From positions 16,896,001-16,960,000 of the forward strand of contig CP086569.2 of the NCBI GenBank assembly GCA_009914755.4: a stretch of 64,000 bases of DNA, read 5' to 3'. The number at the start of each line of letters is the position of its first letter. Position 1 is the first letter of the stretch. The notes under the pieces are model-generated. The model had not been told where the DNA came from and searched no databases. It worked only from the letters and a program-made list of their open reading frames with translations. Source of the stretch: the human T2T-CHM13v2.0 reference genome, Homo sapiens. The translations under genes were made by a program, and so were the position numbers. Below, piece by piece: positions 1 to 13,762 of this stretch.

Positions 1-261
1 AAAGCCATGAAATCCCTAGAAGAAAACCTAGGCAATGCCATTCAGGACATAGGCATGGGCAAACACTTTATGACTAAAACACCAAAAGCAATGGCAACAA
101 AAGCCAAAATTGACAAATGGAATCTAATTAAACTAAAAAGTTTCTGTGCAGCAAAAGAAACTATCATCAGTGTAAACAGGCAACCTACAGCATGGGAGAA
201 AATTTTTGCAACCTATCCATCTGGCTAATATCCATAATCTACAAGAAACATACAAATTTAC

Positions 262-294
<33 letters not shown>

Positions 295-845
295 CCTCAT
301 TGAAAAGTGGGCAAAGGATATGAACAGACATTTCTCAAAAGAAGACATTAATGCAGCCAAAAATCATGAAAAAATCTTATCATCACTGGTTATTAGAGAA
401 GTGCAAATCAAAGCCTCAATGAGATACCGTCTCACACCAGTTAGAATGGTGATCACTAAAAAGTCAGGAAACAACAGGTGCTGGAGAAGATGCGGAGAAA
501 TAGGAACACTTTTACACTGTTGGTAGGACTGTAAACTAGTTCAACCATTGTGGAAGACAGTGTGGCGATTCCTCAAAGATCTAGAACCAGAAATACCATT
601 TGACCCAGCAATCCCATTAGTGGGTATATACTTAAGGGAGCATAAATCATTCTTCTATAAAGACAAAGGCACACAGATATTTACTGCAGCACTATTCACA
701 ATAGCAAATACTTGGAACCAACCCAAATGCCCATCAATGATAGACGAGATAAAGAAAAAGTGGCACATATACACCATGGAATACTATGCAGACATAAGAA
801 AACAATGAGTTCATATCCTTTGCAGGGACATGGATGAAGCTGCAA
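1..845 (+). mobile_element. LINE-1 fragment covering the ORF2 C-terminal region. Truncated by the window edge on the left; homology ends near 845 with no 3'UTR or polyA. A (CA)n array is embedded at 257-292.
   Basis: Plus-strand ORFs translate to L1 ORF2 C-terminal motifs (…[30 protein letters not shown]…, …[10 protein letters not shown]…[10 protein letters not shown]…[20 protein letters not shown]…, …PFDPAIPLLGIY…IANTWNQPKCP…KKWHIYTMEYY…). The same proteins are seen in the full-length L1s in this window. Confidence 0.9.
257..292. repeat. (CA)n dinucleotide microsatellite (~18 units) lying inside the L1 ORF2 remnant
   Basis: Perfect acacac… run visible in the sequence. Confidence 0.97.
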
Positions 846-2343
846 ACCACCTCTCTATGGCTTCCATTTCTAATGTTTAGATGTGCTTTCATCTTGAATT
901 GTACATGTGTGTATTCATGCATGTGCTAATGGTCCAGAAGTGTTCAAATAACTTCTTCTGATTCCTTTCATAAGTTATAATATGTGGATACCATGTTTGG
1001 TGTGAGACTAGTTACTTGATTTACATTCTTGGTTATGAAAAGAGAAGCTGAGTGGTTCAATGGGGCTTATATGCTTAGATGTCCAAACACTTATTGATAT
1101 CCCCACATAAAATATTATAATGAGGATTAGACCATATATGCTCTTTTTTTTTCCATTTTTTTCACGTAATATGTAGTATGTTTTTTTCTTTCAGTGGCCC
1201 CATTACATATCATCATATGAATATGCTATTTATCCAATTTACATATGATCACATGTTTAGTTAATTTACATATTATTGCATATTTTGATTGCTTCTAATT
1301 TATAGGTATTATAAATAAATGACTATGACTGTCCAGGTAGTAAGACAAATCAGTTACTATATATCTCACACTTCCTGTAGGAAATATTTGGTTACTTGGT
1401 CAGAAACAAAGACTCAATTTCAATAACCTAATTGCTTTAAAGAAACATTCTAGAACATTCTCAGTCTCACCAGGAGTGTATGATATGCCAGTTACTTAGA
1501 TAAAAATCTGTTCATACTTTTCTTACCATAAGGCATGTGATTGTTTCTCATGGTTAAGAGCCACCTACTTTTTCTATTCTAATCTGTATCTGTTGAGTAT
1601 TATTTTGTTCTAGTGTTAGATATTTTCGACTTACTGGTTAATAAGTGCTCTTATAAGCTGACAAACTCCTTTACCATGTCTACTTTTATATCTACTACAG
1701 TTTTTTTTATTTTGTGCAATAGTATTTCTAATAAATTTGTTTAAAAAATTATATCATCCGAAACTATTCTAATCAATTATAATTGAAGTATTATGACCTC
1801 TGAGGATCTCACTTTGGTCTCTGACTTATAATTCTTGCTATTCCTTTTATAAATAACTCTTTGTATAAAGATATGAGTGCTTTTATAATCATCACAGCTA
1901 TAGTTTGGCAATGAAAAACTTCCCATAGTTCCCTCTTGCATCATTTATTTAACCTATATTTAGAGTCAAAAAGAAAAAGAGAAAAAGTGTAAAGATTGAC
2001 TTACTCAAGAAATGAGTTCATTACATTTTATATGTGTTTGTGTGACATACTTTGCAATGATGTGAGTTCTTGAAGATGGCTAACCATGGCTTTTTAAAAA
2101 TGTATTAACTTATTTGTTTGGTTTATTTAAGAAAGTCTGACTACTTTAGTATTATTTTCTCACAGCCTTCTACTTTTTTCACTTGTATTGTATGTGCTAT
2201 TTATTTTCTGTTCTATTTAAAATTGATTAGAAGAGTTTAGATAACATTCAAATCAGCTAGAGTATGAAAGAGTACATCCCAGCGGAGGTTTCTAGGACTA
2301 AAATTCATGAGATCAAATAAGTATAAAAAAACAATAAAATGGT

Positions 2344-2676
2344 TTGAATATTTGTGTCCCACCAAAATTCATTAGAATAGTATTAGGAGGTAAGGCCTTT
2401 GGAAGGAGATTAGGTCATGAGGGTGGTACACTTATTATTGGGATTACTGCCCTTATAAGAAGAGATTCAAGAGCTAACTCACTCTTTCCACCACATGAGG
2501 ACACAGGGAGAAGACAGCTGCTTATAACCAAAAAAATTGCCCTCACCAATAACTCATCCATGCTGACCCCTGACCTCAGACCTTCAGCCTGCAAAACTGT
2601 GAGAAATAAATGTTATTTCAGCTGCCCAGTTTATGGTTATTTTGTTATAGCAGTTCTGAATGAACTAAGACAATGA
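2344..2676 (+). mobile_element. MLT1-type ERVL-MaLR solo LTR
   Basis: Matches the remembered MLT1 consensus blocks '…gtgtcccaccaaaattcat…gccctt ataagaagaga…catgaggacacag…cagcctgcaaaactgtgagaaataaatgtt…cagctgcccagtttatggttattttgttatagcag…'. Confidence 0.6.
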
Positions 2677-3624
2677 CTCATTCCAGAAGTCTTCCAGGTA
2701 AACGTTCACACTGATCATTAGTATATCAAAGTCCTTGACCGCTCTTGGTGATGGAGCAGATTTTATTTGTCCATGAAGCTCTTGTACGCTGTATACATAG
2801 TGTGTATGTGAATGTGTGAAAGCAAAACACCTATTAAACTCAGGAGAGTTCATCAGCATCCATGGAACATTTTGAGAAATGTTTTTCTATACTGTATTCA
2901 CCCAATATGCTCAAAATTTCCCTCATGCTTCATTAAAAAAAGAAGCAAGATATATTAAAATATCTAGCCTCCAAGAAAATCAATGTATACTTAAAAATAT
3001 ATATAGTAAGTTTTGTTGCAATATTAAAGGTTCTCATATTTCACCATGTCCAGATTGCATTGCTTTATACTACCATAAGGCTTAGGCATCTTAACAAGGA
3101 ATAATTTCATCAATATTCCTACAGGTTCCTGCTAGAAGAGAAAGAGTTTCATAAGCAGGGTATCTTTTTCCTTCTGCAGGAATGGCCTTTCTTCATACCT
3201 GAAAATCAACTTGTAACCGGACACCACCGATGATTTTTTTAATATGTTCATCTTTTAAAAGAAAAAGCTTAATGAGAAAAATAAGGCAGAATTCTTTAAC
3301 TCACCCAGGTGCTATTCATTACTTATCTTATGTTTCTTAACCTTAAGGCAATTTCCTTAGCAATTTTATTTCCAGTATGCCATTAGAAAAAAGATCGAAT
3401 CACTGTTTCAATTCTATTATGCATAGGATTCTTGCAACACAGACCAGCAAGTGTTCCTAGAGAGTGGTGCAGAGGAACCTAAACTATTCAGCAAAATCCT
3501 ATGGGAAAAGCTGAGTGTTAACAGAAAATTCATTATGCCCTAATTCTGACAGCTTGCCTTTTTAGAAATGCGAGAGAAAACTCTTTTAAATCAGATTGTG
3601 CTTTGGAGCACGGATGGATGCAAA

Positions 3625-3800
3625 GGTAAGCTATAGCAGCATTCTCCAAATATAGCAGGCATTGTAATAACCTGAACAGCCCCCCTTCTCAAGGTCCTGA
3701 TTCCTTTAAGTCAGGGGCAGGGCCTTAGAATCTGTATTTCTAACAGGTTTCCAGCTGAGGCTGATGCTGCTGACCACACTTTGAGAACCCCCAAAGCAGA
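3625..3800 (-). mobile_element. MER5-like (hAT-Charlie) non-autonomous DNA transposon fragment
   Basis: The reverse complement reads '…ggttctcaaagtgtggtcagcagcatcagc…ctgttagaaatacagattct…gccctgcccctgac…', which resembles the MER5A consensus. Confidence 0.45.
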
Positions 3801-4067
3801 TAAATTCTTAAGACTCCTCAAAGAGATAGGATCTAGTCCTGATGTGCTAAATTATTTCTTCTTTGAAGTTATCAAGTCATGATTAGAGTGGGGCAGAAAT
3901 CTCCCATAGACCTATAGAATTATGTATCTTAATATGACTGTAGTTATTTTGCACATGAATTCTTTGTTATTGCCCCCTTCAATATCCTAGTGGGATTAAT
4001 TGTTGCTTTCACAAAGTTAACATTTTATCTTACAGGAGGAATATTCTGTGTGCTTTTATAGAAGTCT

Positions 4068-4150
4068 CCATCTACACCATGGAATATTATGCAGCTGTAA
4101 AAAAGGATTAGTTCATATATTTTGAAGGGACACGGATGCAGCTGGAAACC
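4068..4150 (+). mobile_element. Short LINE-1 fragment from the ORF2 3' end
   Basis: 'catctacaccatggaatattatgcagctgtaaaaaaggatt agttcatat…ttgaagggacacggatgcagctggaaaccat' matches the L1 'cacatatacaccatggaatactatgcagccataaaaa…gggacatggatgaaattggaaacc' region. Confidence 0.75.
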
Positions 4151-5340
4151 ATATGTTACTGCCTTACAGTTTCTATCATAATTAGCCATTAGGGTTATCT
4201 TGAGTAGCTGTAAATATTCAAAGGCAACACTGTACCTAGAACTATATTTGGAAGAATACCAGAAGGTATGTGTGAAATAAAAAGAATATATAATGCTCTC
4301 TAATGCAAATCACCTCTTGCTGGCATATAGAAACTAAGTTTTAATTAGATCAAAGACTGAGATTCAAAGCCATGATTACTGGAATAATGGACACATTATA
4401 AATATGCATTAAATGCTTTTTTTTTTTCTCTCAGCACATTATAATGGGAGATCTCTGTATTTCTATTTATGTTGTCAATTTGGTTGCACTGTTGATTACT
4501 ATTATATTTAAACCTAAAAATACTGTGGGTAATGATTAACTGGATACACGGAATAAAAGCGTAATTGTGGATGGATATGAGTAGTGTAAGATGGACCTGT
4601 TGTTAAGAATACTTTTTATTTTAATGTTGAAATCACTCAAAGAACTCATGATTTTCATTTAAATTTAGTAGAATAAAAATGATATGGCTGCTGGCATGGC
4701 ACTAAAATTGTGAATATGCCCTTAAATGAAAATTGCTCATGTAAGCAAAAGTGGGTGTACTTGGAAATCAGAATGTAGGAATGCAATTTTGAAAACCGTA
4801 ATAAACACTCGATTTAAGAGACAGCTTTACATTCACTCATACATCATGTTAAAGAGAATTAGTGTAGAAAAAGAAGTTCACCATAAAAACTAACAATTCA
4901 AATACACAATCTATGTATTATGGGAGGTTTAACCTCGCAAAAGTATCCTTTAATTGAGTGCACATCAGACTATTTAAGAGCAAATTAATAATGATGAACT
5001 TATGATTACATAAAAACATCAGTTTTTTTTTTTTTTTCCAGAGGGTCTATCAATAGATATACACAATGGAGTAGTAACAAATAATAAATCACAGGTAGAT
5101 ATTCCAACCTGAATAAATTTATCAGCATAACACTAAATTTTTAAAAAGGAAAATCAAAGAACAATTTGTCCAGTATGATCATACTTACATAAATATCAAA
5201 ACATGAAAACTAGTGTGATATATTTATATTATCAATATATTTACATATAAATATCTATATACAAATATGCACATATATTTAAAAAAATATTTAATATAGA
5301 TAAATATGTAAGCGACAGAGATATAAATAAACCTAGAAAA

Positions 5341-5650
5341 GGCCAGGGGTGGTGGCTCATGTCTATAATCCCAGCGCTTTTGTAGGCTGTGGAGGGAGAA
5401 ACACTTGAGACCAGGAGTCTGGGACCAAGCTAGGAAACAGAGTCAACTCCATGTCTACAGAAATAAAAATAAAAATAATTAGCTGGGTGCAGTTGTGCAT
5501 ACTTGCAGTCTCAGCTGTTTGGGAGGCTTATGTCATAAGGTTACTTGAGCTCAGAGGTTGGAGGTTGCAGTGGGCCATGATCGCACCACTGCTTTCTAGC
5601 CAGAGACCCTGTTACCTCCCCTACCAAAACAAAATAAAACAAACAAAAAA
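5341..5650 (+). mobile_element. Alu element (AluS/J-like, CpG-decayed)
   Basis: Opens 'ggccaggggtggtggctcatgtctataatcccagc…'; has the dimeric structure and a 3' A-rich tail 'caaaacaaaataaaacaaacaaaaaaa'. Confidence 0.93.
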
Positions 5651-6094
5651 ATGAAAAGCAAATTACTTAATCAGAAGGAGTTCTCAGACCAAAATGTGCC
5701 ACTTCCAAGGGACTTGAGTTGAATGATGATATTTACCTAAATGAATTCAAGACAGAAGAAGGGAAGGTAGGAAAAACTATCCCTAAGGGAAGAAATGGGA
5801 GAACATAAAAAGGCAGATTTCTTGTAGAATAAATAAATGCAGTGAGATGAGTGGAAGTCATGCAGAGAAATATCAAGAAAGAAGACAGAAAAGATGTTAG
5901 TCAGTGAGGATAACAACATTGTAGGTTACTATGGAGCTCATACTGACGTAAGCAAAACATAGGCCTGGGTTATTTTGTTTAATGTCTTTTTTTTAAATAT
6001 TGTTGATAGAAATGTATGTGCTTATCAATATAAAGGGTAGATTAAAACACTGATATGTGATCATGCTATAACTGTCAATGGTATGTAAGGATGG

Positions 6095-6456
6095 TGTATT
6101 AGTCTATTTCCAGGCTGCTAATAAAGACATACCCAAGGCTGGGTAATTTATAAAGGAAAGTTGTTTAATTTACTCACAGTTCAGCATGACTGAGGAGGCC
6201 TCAGGAAATTTAAGATTATGGCAGAAGATGAAGCAGTCTTCTTCTTCTTCTCAAGATGGCAGGAAGAAGAATGATGCAAGAGGAGCTACCAAAGACTCAT
6301 AAAACCATCAGATGTGAAAACTCACTTAGTATCATGCCAACAGCATGAGGGAAACCACCTCCATGATCCAATCACTTCCACATAGTCTCCTTTTACACAA
6401 GACGATTACGGTGATTATAGAGATTATAATTGGGACACAAAGCCTAACCATATTAG
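6095..6456 (-). mobile_element. ERVL-MaLR solo LTR (THE1/MST-type), antisense
   Basis: Begins 'tgtattagtc…gctgctaataaagacatacccaaggctgggtaatttataaag…cctcaggaaa…tatggcagaag…cataaaaccatcag…' and ends '…gggacacaaagcctaaccatatta'. This is the reverse complement of the THE1 LTR consensus (TGATATGG…ACTAATACA). Confidence 0.65.
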
Positions 6457-6779
6457 ATGGTAACTGTAAAATTAGAAAATCCAGCATGCTCTAAAAAAAA
6501 GCCATAACCAATAATTTTTCTAAGAGTTTAAGATTATAAAATATAATCCTTATGTTCATCCTTTACACCCCTGGAGGATTGTATTTTATAATTTTAACTG
6601 TTTAGAGCAAAATTATAATATTACAAAATGGTTGATGACTATAGTCACAGAAAAAGTAAGTAAGCCAGCAGAATTTCTGTAAAAAAAATGAAATTAAAGC
6701 ATGGAAACAATGAGGCCCAAAAAGTTATCATATGTCACCGAGAAACTCTGACCCTGTGAAAGCAGGAACTGAAACCTTG

Positions 6780-7560
6780 ATTAGCAACATTATTCACAAT
6801 GAGGAAAAAGTGAAAACAACCCAAATCTCTATCAACAGATGAATGGATAAACAAATTGTGGCCTTTCCATAAAATAGAATATTATTCAGCCTTAAAACGG
6901 AGTGCAGTACTGATACATGCAGAAATGTGAATGAGCTCTGAAAACACCGGGCTCAGTGAAATAAGTCAGACACAGAAGGCCACATATTGTGTGATTCCAT
7001 TTCTATGAAATAGCCAGGTTTGCATGGGAGAACCATAGAGACAGAAAGTTGATTTGTGGTTGTTAGGAACTAGGGGTGAGGATGGTGTGGGAGGTGATGA
7101 GTGACTGTTGCATGGATATGGGGTTCTTTTTTTTTTTTTATTTTTGAGTCACAGTCTTGTTCTGTCACCCAGAAAGGCAGTGGCATGATCTCAGCAGACT
7201 GTAACCTCCACCTCCGAGGTTCAAGTGATTCTCATGCCTCAGCCTCCCTACTAGCTGGGATTACTGGCATATGCCATCACACCTTGCTAATTTTTTTTCT
7301 TTTTTTCTGGCATTTTCAGTAGAGACAGAGTTTTGCCATGTAGGCAAGGCTGTTCTCCAACTCCTGACCTCAGGTGATCCACCCACCTCAGCCTCCCAAG
7401 TGCTAACTCCCAGGCGTGAACCACCAAGCTGGGCCTGAGATTTCTTTTTAAGGTGATGAAAATATTCAAGAACCAAATAAAGGTGATGGTTGCATTACAT
7501 TGTGAAAACATTAAAAGTCACAGAAGTGTACACTTTAAAATGGTTAATTTTATATTATGT
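6780..7560 (+). mobile_element. Ancient L1 (L1M/L1PB-type) 3' end, interrupted by the Alu at 7127-7435
   Basis: '…ctatcaacagatgaatggataaacaaattgtgg…aatattattcagccttaaaa…ctcagtgaaataagtcagacacagaag…catagagacagaaagttgatttgtggttgttaggaactaggggtgagg…' then, after the Alu, '…ggtgatggttgcattacattgtgaaaacattaaaagtcacag…ttaaaatggttaattttatattatgtgaattttat'. This is the classic old-L1 3'UTR. Confidence 0.7.
7127..7435 (-). mobile_element. Alu element in antisense orientation (poly-T leader)
   Basis: 'ttttttttttttatttttgagtcacagtcttgttctgtcacccag…ctcagcctcccaagtgctaac…ccaccaagctgggcc' is the reverse complement of an Alu. Confidence 0.93.
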
Positions 7561-7740
7561 GAATTTTATCTCCACCCAAAAAAAGAATGAAACTCTTCTG
7601 TGTAATAAAAATAGTCTGAAACAAAACCTTGTAATCTTTGTAACATATAAGGAGTACAGGTAAATGTCTGTATAACTTTTTAAAAAAATTCTAAGACAAA
7701 GGAAAAAGAATGCTTGCCGCACTCATAAAATGCCAGAGAT

Positions 7741-8050
<310 letters not shown>

Positions 8051-8309
8051 GCCAGAGAGTTCCAGGATGGTTTTATTCTAAATAAATTAAGCCTTATTTA
8101 TGTTTTAACACTTTGTTTGAAGATAACTATAGATTTTCCCAAAAGTTTCCCAACTAGTATAGAGAGTTCCGTTCACCTTTTGGAATGCTTTTTCTAACGT
8201 TAACATCTTTTGTCATCATAGTGCAATTATAAAACCAGGAAATTATCACTGATAGAATGCTGTCAACTGAACTACAGATCTAAGTAAAATTCTGACAATT
8301 TTATCCCTA

Positions 8310-8668
8310 GTGTTCTGTAGTTGTCCTTTTTCACACTGCTGTGGAGATACTACCTGAGACTGGTAATTCATAAAGAAAAGAGGTTTAATTGACTTTTAAT
8401 TCTGCATGGTTGGCGAGGCCTCAGGAAATGTATAATCATAGCAGAAGGGGAAGGAAGGCATATCTTACATGGCAGCAGGAGATAGATCAGAGATAACTGA
8501 CATTTTTAAAAGCATCAGATCCTGTAAGAAGTCCCTCACTATCATGAGAGCAACATTGTATAATTACCCATGTGATCTAATCGTTACCCACCAAGACCCT
8601 CCCTCAATAAGTGGGGATTACAATTCAAGATGAGATTTGGGGGGGGGACACAGAGCCAAACCACATCA
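8310..8668 (-). mobile_element. ERVL-MaLR solo LTR (MST/MLT-type), antisense
   Basis: '…tttttcacactgctgtggagatactacctgagactggtaattcataaagaaaagaggtttaattgac…gaggcctcaggaaa…tacaattcaagatgagatttggggggggacacagagccaaaccacatca'. Confidence 0.65.
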
Positions 8669-10307
8669 TGTTCTCTTACAGAAATGACCCAATCCAGGAT
8701 TGCTCATTGTATTTAATTGTGATAGCTCCATACTCTCCTACAATCAGTGACAGTTTCACATTTATTCCTAGCATTTTATGACCTTGATGCTCTTGAACAG
8801 CTGTTGCCAGATACCTTGTATCCTGTCTCTTGGGCAATTTAAAAATATGTAAAGACCTCAAAAAAAGAAATTGGGTATTTAAAGATCAAGGTACTCATCT
8901 GAGAAATGTTTGGCACAGGAATGGGCAGAAATAAATGACAAAAAAAAACCACTCTCAAAAATTACAAATACCAATTATTTAAATGATATGTAGTTAAGCT
9001 GCGGACATGAACAAGGTCTCTAAAACATGGTACAGTCCAAGAAGTTCAGATAGTGAATGGAAGCTAACAGGGAGCACAGGAAAAAGAGAGATTTGCGTAT
9101 ATCATGCCATGAGGACCATTTGCAGTGGGTGAGGGATGAGGCTCTCTAGAGTAGTTTAGATGTAGCTCTTAGCTTAGCATCTCATCGGGGTGACATGACA
9201 AGGCCACCTTTGTCATGGCCCTGCTTTGCTTGTTAATATATCAAGTGTTCCTTAAACCCAGTCTCCTCAAAAACTAGGAACACCCAGTCCTCCCTTGCAC
9301 TTGCTCCATGTTCACTAACTCTTGACTTTAATTTCTATATTTGTATTATTGCCTTGGGGATCACCTCTCCCCAGTAAATTGCTGGCCCACTACAATCTCT
9401 GAGCCCAATTCTCCCTCATGGCATGCTTTTTTACCAATGTTATTTTATCACTGAATATTTTCAGTTTCTTCTCTGAATATACTTTATCTCTGTGATATTT
9501 GTCTAACGCAAATCCAACTTATTTTGGAGTAGATGATAATTGCTATAAATCATAAGAAAATGTTCTCTTATTTGATTATACCATACTCCTTTATTCATTT
9601 GTTGTTATAGCACATTTATTTTAGCATGAATATGCTCTGATTCTTGCCCCATTTCTACTACCTGTAACTCTTTCTTGGGTTATTGATGTGCTTAAACATG
9701 ACCAGTCATTTCACAGCAAAGATATTTGCAGGTTGATTATTTTTGTCTCAATGTGTACTTGTCAATAGTATATGCTATAATGCCTCTAGTTTCATCAGGG
9801 TACTCTGTACTAGAGAACATTCTTCATGGGATTTGTGGATGTTTTTTATTATTTATCAGTTGTACCTTCATAATTCAAATTGATCACCCTAGGCTTTGAA
9901 GTAAATCATTCAACATCCTATGAGAAAGCTTAGGAATCCTCAAGACAGTGGTAGTTTCAAAGGCACACCACATGTTAGTTCTCCTTCCAAATCCATTATT
10001 TAAAATTTCCCAGGAAAATAAATGTAGAGAGAAAGTAGAGTGAGATGTGAAAATCTCCCAGAGTTTTCAATTGCATACACTGGGCATCCCATTGTTCAAT
10101 AACTCCAGCTCATACCAAAATTTGGTCTGGACAAATTTTGCCGAGAGAAACTATTTGCAAACATTTCCTAGGATAAGAATGTAAGACTGTATGGTATAGT
10201 TCACTTTTCTATTTCTTTACATCATCTTCCCTTTTGCTATGTTCTTGCAGGGAAGGATGGTTGCTAAAGATACTCAGAAGAGTTCCTTTCATCAAGGACA
10301 CTAAAAC

Positions 10308-10432
10308 GTGTTCTTGTGGTAGCTCACATCTGTAGTCTCAGCGCTCTGGTAGGCTGATGCAGGAAGATTCCTTGAATCAAAGAGTTTAAGGCCAGCCCAA
10401 ACAACACAACAAGACCCCATCTCTACCAAACA
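10308..10432 (+). mobile_element. Alu monomer / FLAM-like fragment
   Basis: 'tggtagctcacatctgtagtctcagcgctctggtaggctgatgcaggaagattccttgaatcaaagagtttaaggccagcccaaacaacacaacaagaccccatctctaccaaa'. Confidence 0.7.
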
Positions 10433-12189
10433 ACAGGCACTTTTATAGTACACACTGCTGCAAAAATGTAGACGAAAGCTCATTTCGCATTCATAACAAT
10501 GTGTGACACGAAGAAGCATTTACCTTCCAGTAGAATTTGTGTTGAGTGTTTTTACTTGATCCACAAATAAACTACCAGGCAGAGGTCCAACTTTCTCTCT
10601 TCCTTTCCCACTTACATCTGAGATGACATAGAAAAGAAGACAGATATATTTTACAACATAAAATAAAATCTTTCTCCCTCTCTGCCTACTCTGCAAATAA
10701 ATCATTTGTATTTTCAGGAAAACACTCATGTATAAATGACTATAACAGTTTAGTTGCCCAATGCTGAGAGTTTAAACTTCCAATGGAGATAGCCTTTTAG
10801 CATAGAAGGTTTTAAAATTCATAACTGAAATATCAGTATCTCATCAGTTTACAGAAGGTATGGCCTCTGGGAGAATATCATAATTTTCCAAAATTTGTAT
10901 GGAGCTGAAAGCACCTTGTCTAAGAAATTGCCCATAATATACAAAAACACAATTAAAAATGTGGACCTAAAAATGGACTTGCAGAGCATGCAGCCTTGGA
11001 AAAGAGATGGTGATAAATATAAAAATATTAAGATAGAAAATAGTTTTACCACATCTATAATCAGCACCAAATTTCACTTGTACTAAAGTAATAGAATGAG
11101 CTGTGTTACCAAAAACATTGTTATCACAATATAGGTGTAAGATATTTGAAAAAGGAGAGGATTTTTTAAAAATCCAGCTTCATTTGGAGTATATCTTTGA
11201 TACACAGCCATTGAATCAATCTCTTTAAACCATACAAAATGAAAACATTGAATGCACAAACATAAATGCATCCAGTTTCATAATATCCTGTAAGTACTCT
11301 CACATTCCTGAGACCTGCTGGGCTTTGAAAGAGTAGGTTAATTCCTCTGTCTCATCACAATGTTGGGGGAAAATGTTGTGACTTAAATGTGGATATCCTA
11401 TTTATCTCCTGTTGGGAAGGAAGTATTTACATGTATTGTGAAGCTTTGAAATGATGAATTACAATGGTTAGAGGAAAATATAGTGCCTGGGTTCCACCAC
11501 TGGGCAGACAAATTACCATAATGCTGTGTGAGTAACACTTTATAAATGTATTTGTCCCACAGGAGCAGTTTCACTGCTCCGGTAATATGATTCACTGCAT
11601 GTAACAGATTAGGTGAAATCTACTTATATTTTCAGGAACTTGTGTGAAATAACTAACTTAACCTATCTGAAAACTGTATTAAATTTTTCAAATCTTGTAA
11701 GTGCTCTCTAGGACTACAAAATGAGAACTACTGGGCTTTCATTGGGACAACACAACTGGTATACAGAGGAACATCACAGTCTCCTACCACAAATCATCAT
11801 AAAACAAGCCCATTAAGTTGTATGCTTTACATAGAAAAATTGTGTGGCACACATTTCATAGAATTATCTACACATATGCATGTGGTCTTGTGTCAAAAAA
11901 GTTGTTCCGTATTGAAGCTGCTGTCCCAGCTCAGAAAATATCTAAACCAATTTGTCTGAATGTTTCATTAACTGATGGATCTTAATGCTTAATGCTGTAT
12001 TTTGGCTTCTTAAGATCCACTGCATATGCCATCACTGCTTCTGTCTTCATCTGTGGGGGTTGCTGTGACAGAATAACATAACCTGGATGAATTTTAAAAA
12101 CACATGTAATTCTTAGAATTCTGGAGGCTGAGATGTCTGAGATCAGGGTGCCATGAGGGTAAGGTTCTGGAGAGGGCCTTCTGTAGAGT

Positions 12190-12480
12190 TTGTAAACAGC
12201 CACCTTTTTTCTCACTGTATCCTCACATGGCCAAGTGGAAGAGAGATAAAGAAAGAGGAAAAGAGAAAGAGAAAGGGAAAAAGAGAAAGAGAAAGAAATT
12301 GAAAGAGAAAGCTCTTGTGTTTCTTCTTAAAAGTACACTAATCCCATCACAGGCTACACCCTTATGGTCTGCTCACCTCCAAATTTCCCCCACCTCCTAA
12401 TCTCATCACACTGGGGATTAGGGTTTCAACATATGCATGCTGGAGGAATACAAACACTCAGTCTATAGCAGCAGGGGAAT
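12190..12480. repeat. Ancient LTR-like interspersed repeat fragment with an internal GA-rich (GAAAGA)n expansion at ~12240-12315
   Basis: Blocks '…ctcactgtatcctcacatgg…' and '…cacctcctaatctcatcacactggggattagggtttcaacatatgcat…cactcagtctatagcag' recur in many old human LTRs. The GA-rich stretch 'agagagataaagaaagaggaaaagagaaagagaaaggg…' lies between them. Confidence 0.45.
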
Positions 12481-13098
12481 TGTCTCCCTTTCATTGTGTG
12501 AAATTGAGTGCTAAGGTAGACCAAGTCAACTCTCTCCACTTTAGAAAGCCCAGTGAGACAAATGTGGTCTCTGGCCAAGGAGCAGGTATTTGACTTGTCT
12601 CCCTAGTCAGGGTATTACCTCTTGTGCAAGGGAGGAGCATGAAACTGATGGCTCATGCCTCATCACTGCATACTGGTGTGGTGACAAATGGCTTCCAGGA
12701 GCCTCTATAAATATCTTTGTATGCACTGGATCCCAAGTCTTTATCACTACACTAAGGTGGATTTTGTATCTTTTCAATTTATTTCTCCCAAATTCCAAAA
12801 TGAGCTTCAATTGCTTTGGACTAAAACCCATACTGATACAGATGTTCCCCCAAAGCAGGTGTGTGGCAGGAGGTAGGAATAAACATTTGAAGTTAAATTC
12901 CATACTGTTTATCTAATGAGTATTAATTTCATCCAAAAAATGACAATAAACTTTATAAGGAATTAATAATCTCATTCTCAGGTTGTCTTTTAAGACAGGG
13001 ACAATATCCAGAAAAGACACTGGACTAAATGCCAAATTCTATCAGTTTTTTAAAAATAATGTTTCATTTTTAATTAATTGTTTTTTCTGAATTTATTA

Positions 13099-13303
13099 TT
13101 TTTTTTAGAGAAGGATCTTGTCTTGCTGCCCAGGCTGGAGTGCAGTGACATCATCACAGTTCACTGCAGCCTTGCCCTCCTCAGCTCAAGGGATCCTCCT
13201 GCCTTGGCCTCCCACGTAGTAGGGACTACAGGTGGACAACTCCATGTCAAGATAATAATTTTTCTTTTTTTGGTAAAGACAGGGTTTTGCCAAATAAATT
13301 TTG
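13099..13303 (-). mobile_element. Partial Alu (right arm plus linker), antisense
   Basis: 'ttttttttagagaaggatcttgtcttgctgcccaggctggagtgcagtg…cctcagctcaagggatcctcctgccttggcctcccac…gggactacaggtgg…tttttggtaaagacagggttttgcc'. Confidence 0.85.
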
Positions 13304-13338
13304 GCACAAAGAATGCTGTTTGGTGGTGTGGTTATGTA

Positions 13339-13675
13339 TGTATTAGTCCGTTTTCTTGCTACTGATAAAGGCATATCTGAGACAGATAAGAAAAAGATGT
13401 TTAATGGACTTACAGTTCCATATGGATGGGGAGGCCTCATGATGGAATGCAAGGAGGAGCAAGCCACATCTTAAATGAATGATGGTGAATAAAAAGACCT
13501 TCTGCAGGGAACTTCCCCTTTTTCAAACCATCAGCTCTCACTAGACTTATTTCCCATTATGAGAACAGCACAGGAAAAACCTGCCCCACATGATTCAATT
13601 ACCTCTTACTTGGTCCCTCCCATAACATGTGTGAATTCAAGATGAGATTTGGGTAAGGACACAGCCTAACCCCCA
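13339..13675 (-). mobile_element. ERVL-MaLR solo LTR, antisense, abutting the TCTA STR
   Basis: 'tgtattagtccgttttcttgctactgataaaggcatatctgagaca…atggacttacagttccatatggatggggaggcctca…caagatgagatttgggtaaggacacagcctaaccc'. Confidence 0.65.
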
Positions 13676-13680
13676 TGCCT

Positions 13681-13728
13681 GATATCTATCTATGTATCTA
13701 TCTATGTATCTATCTATGTATCTATCTG

Positions 13729-13762
<34 letters not shown>
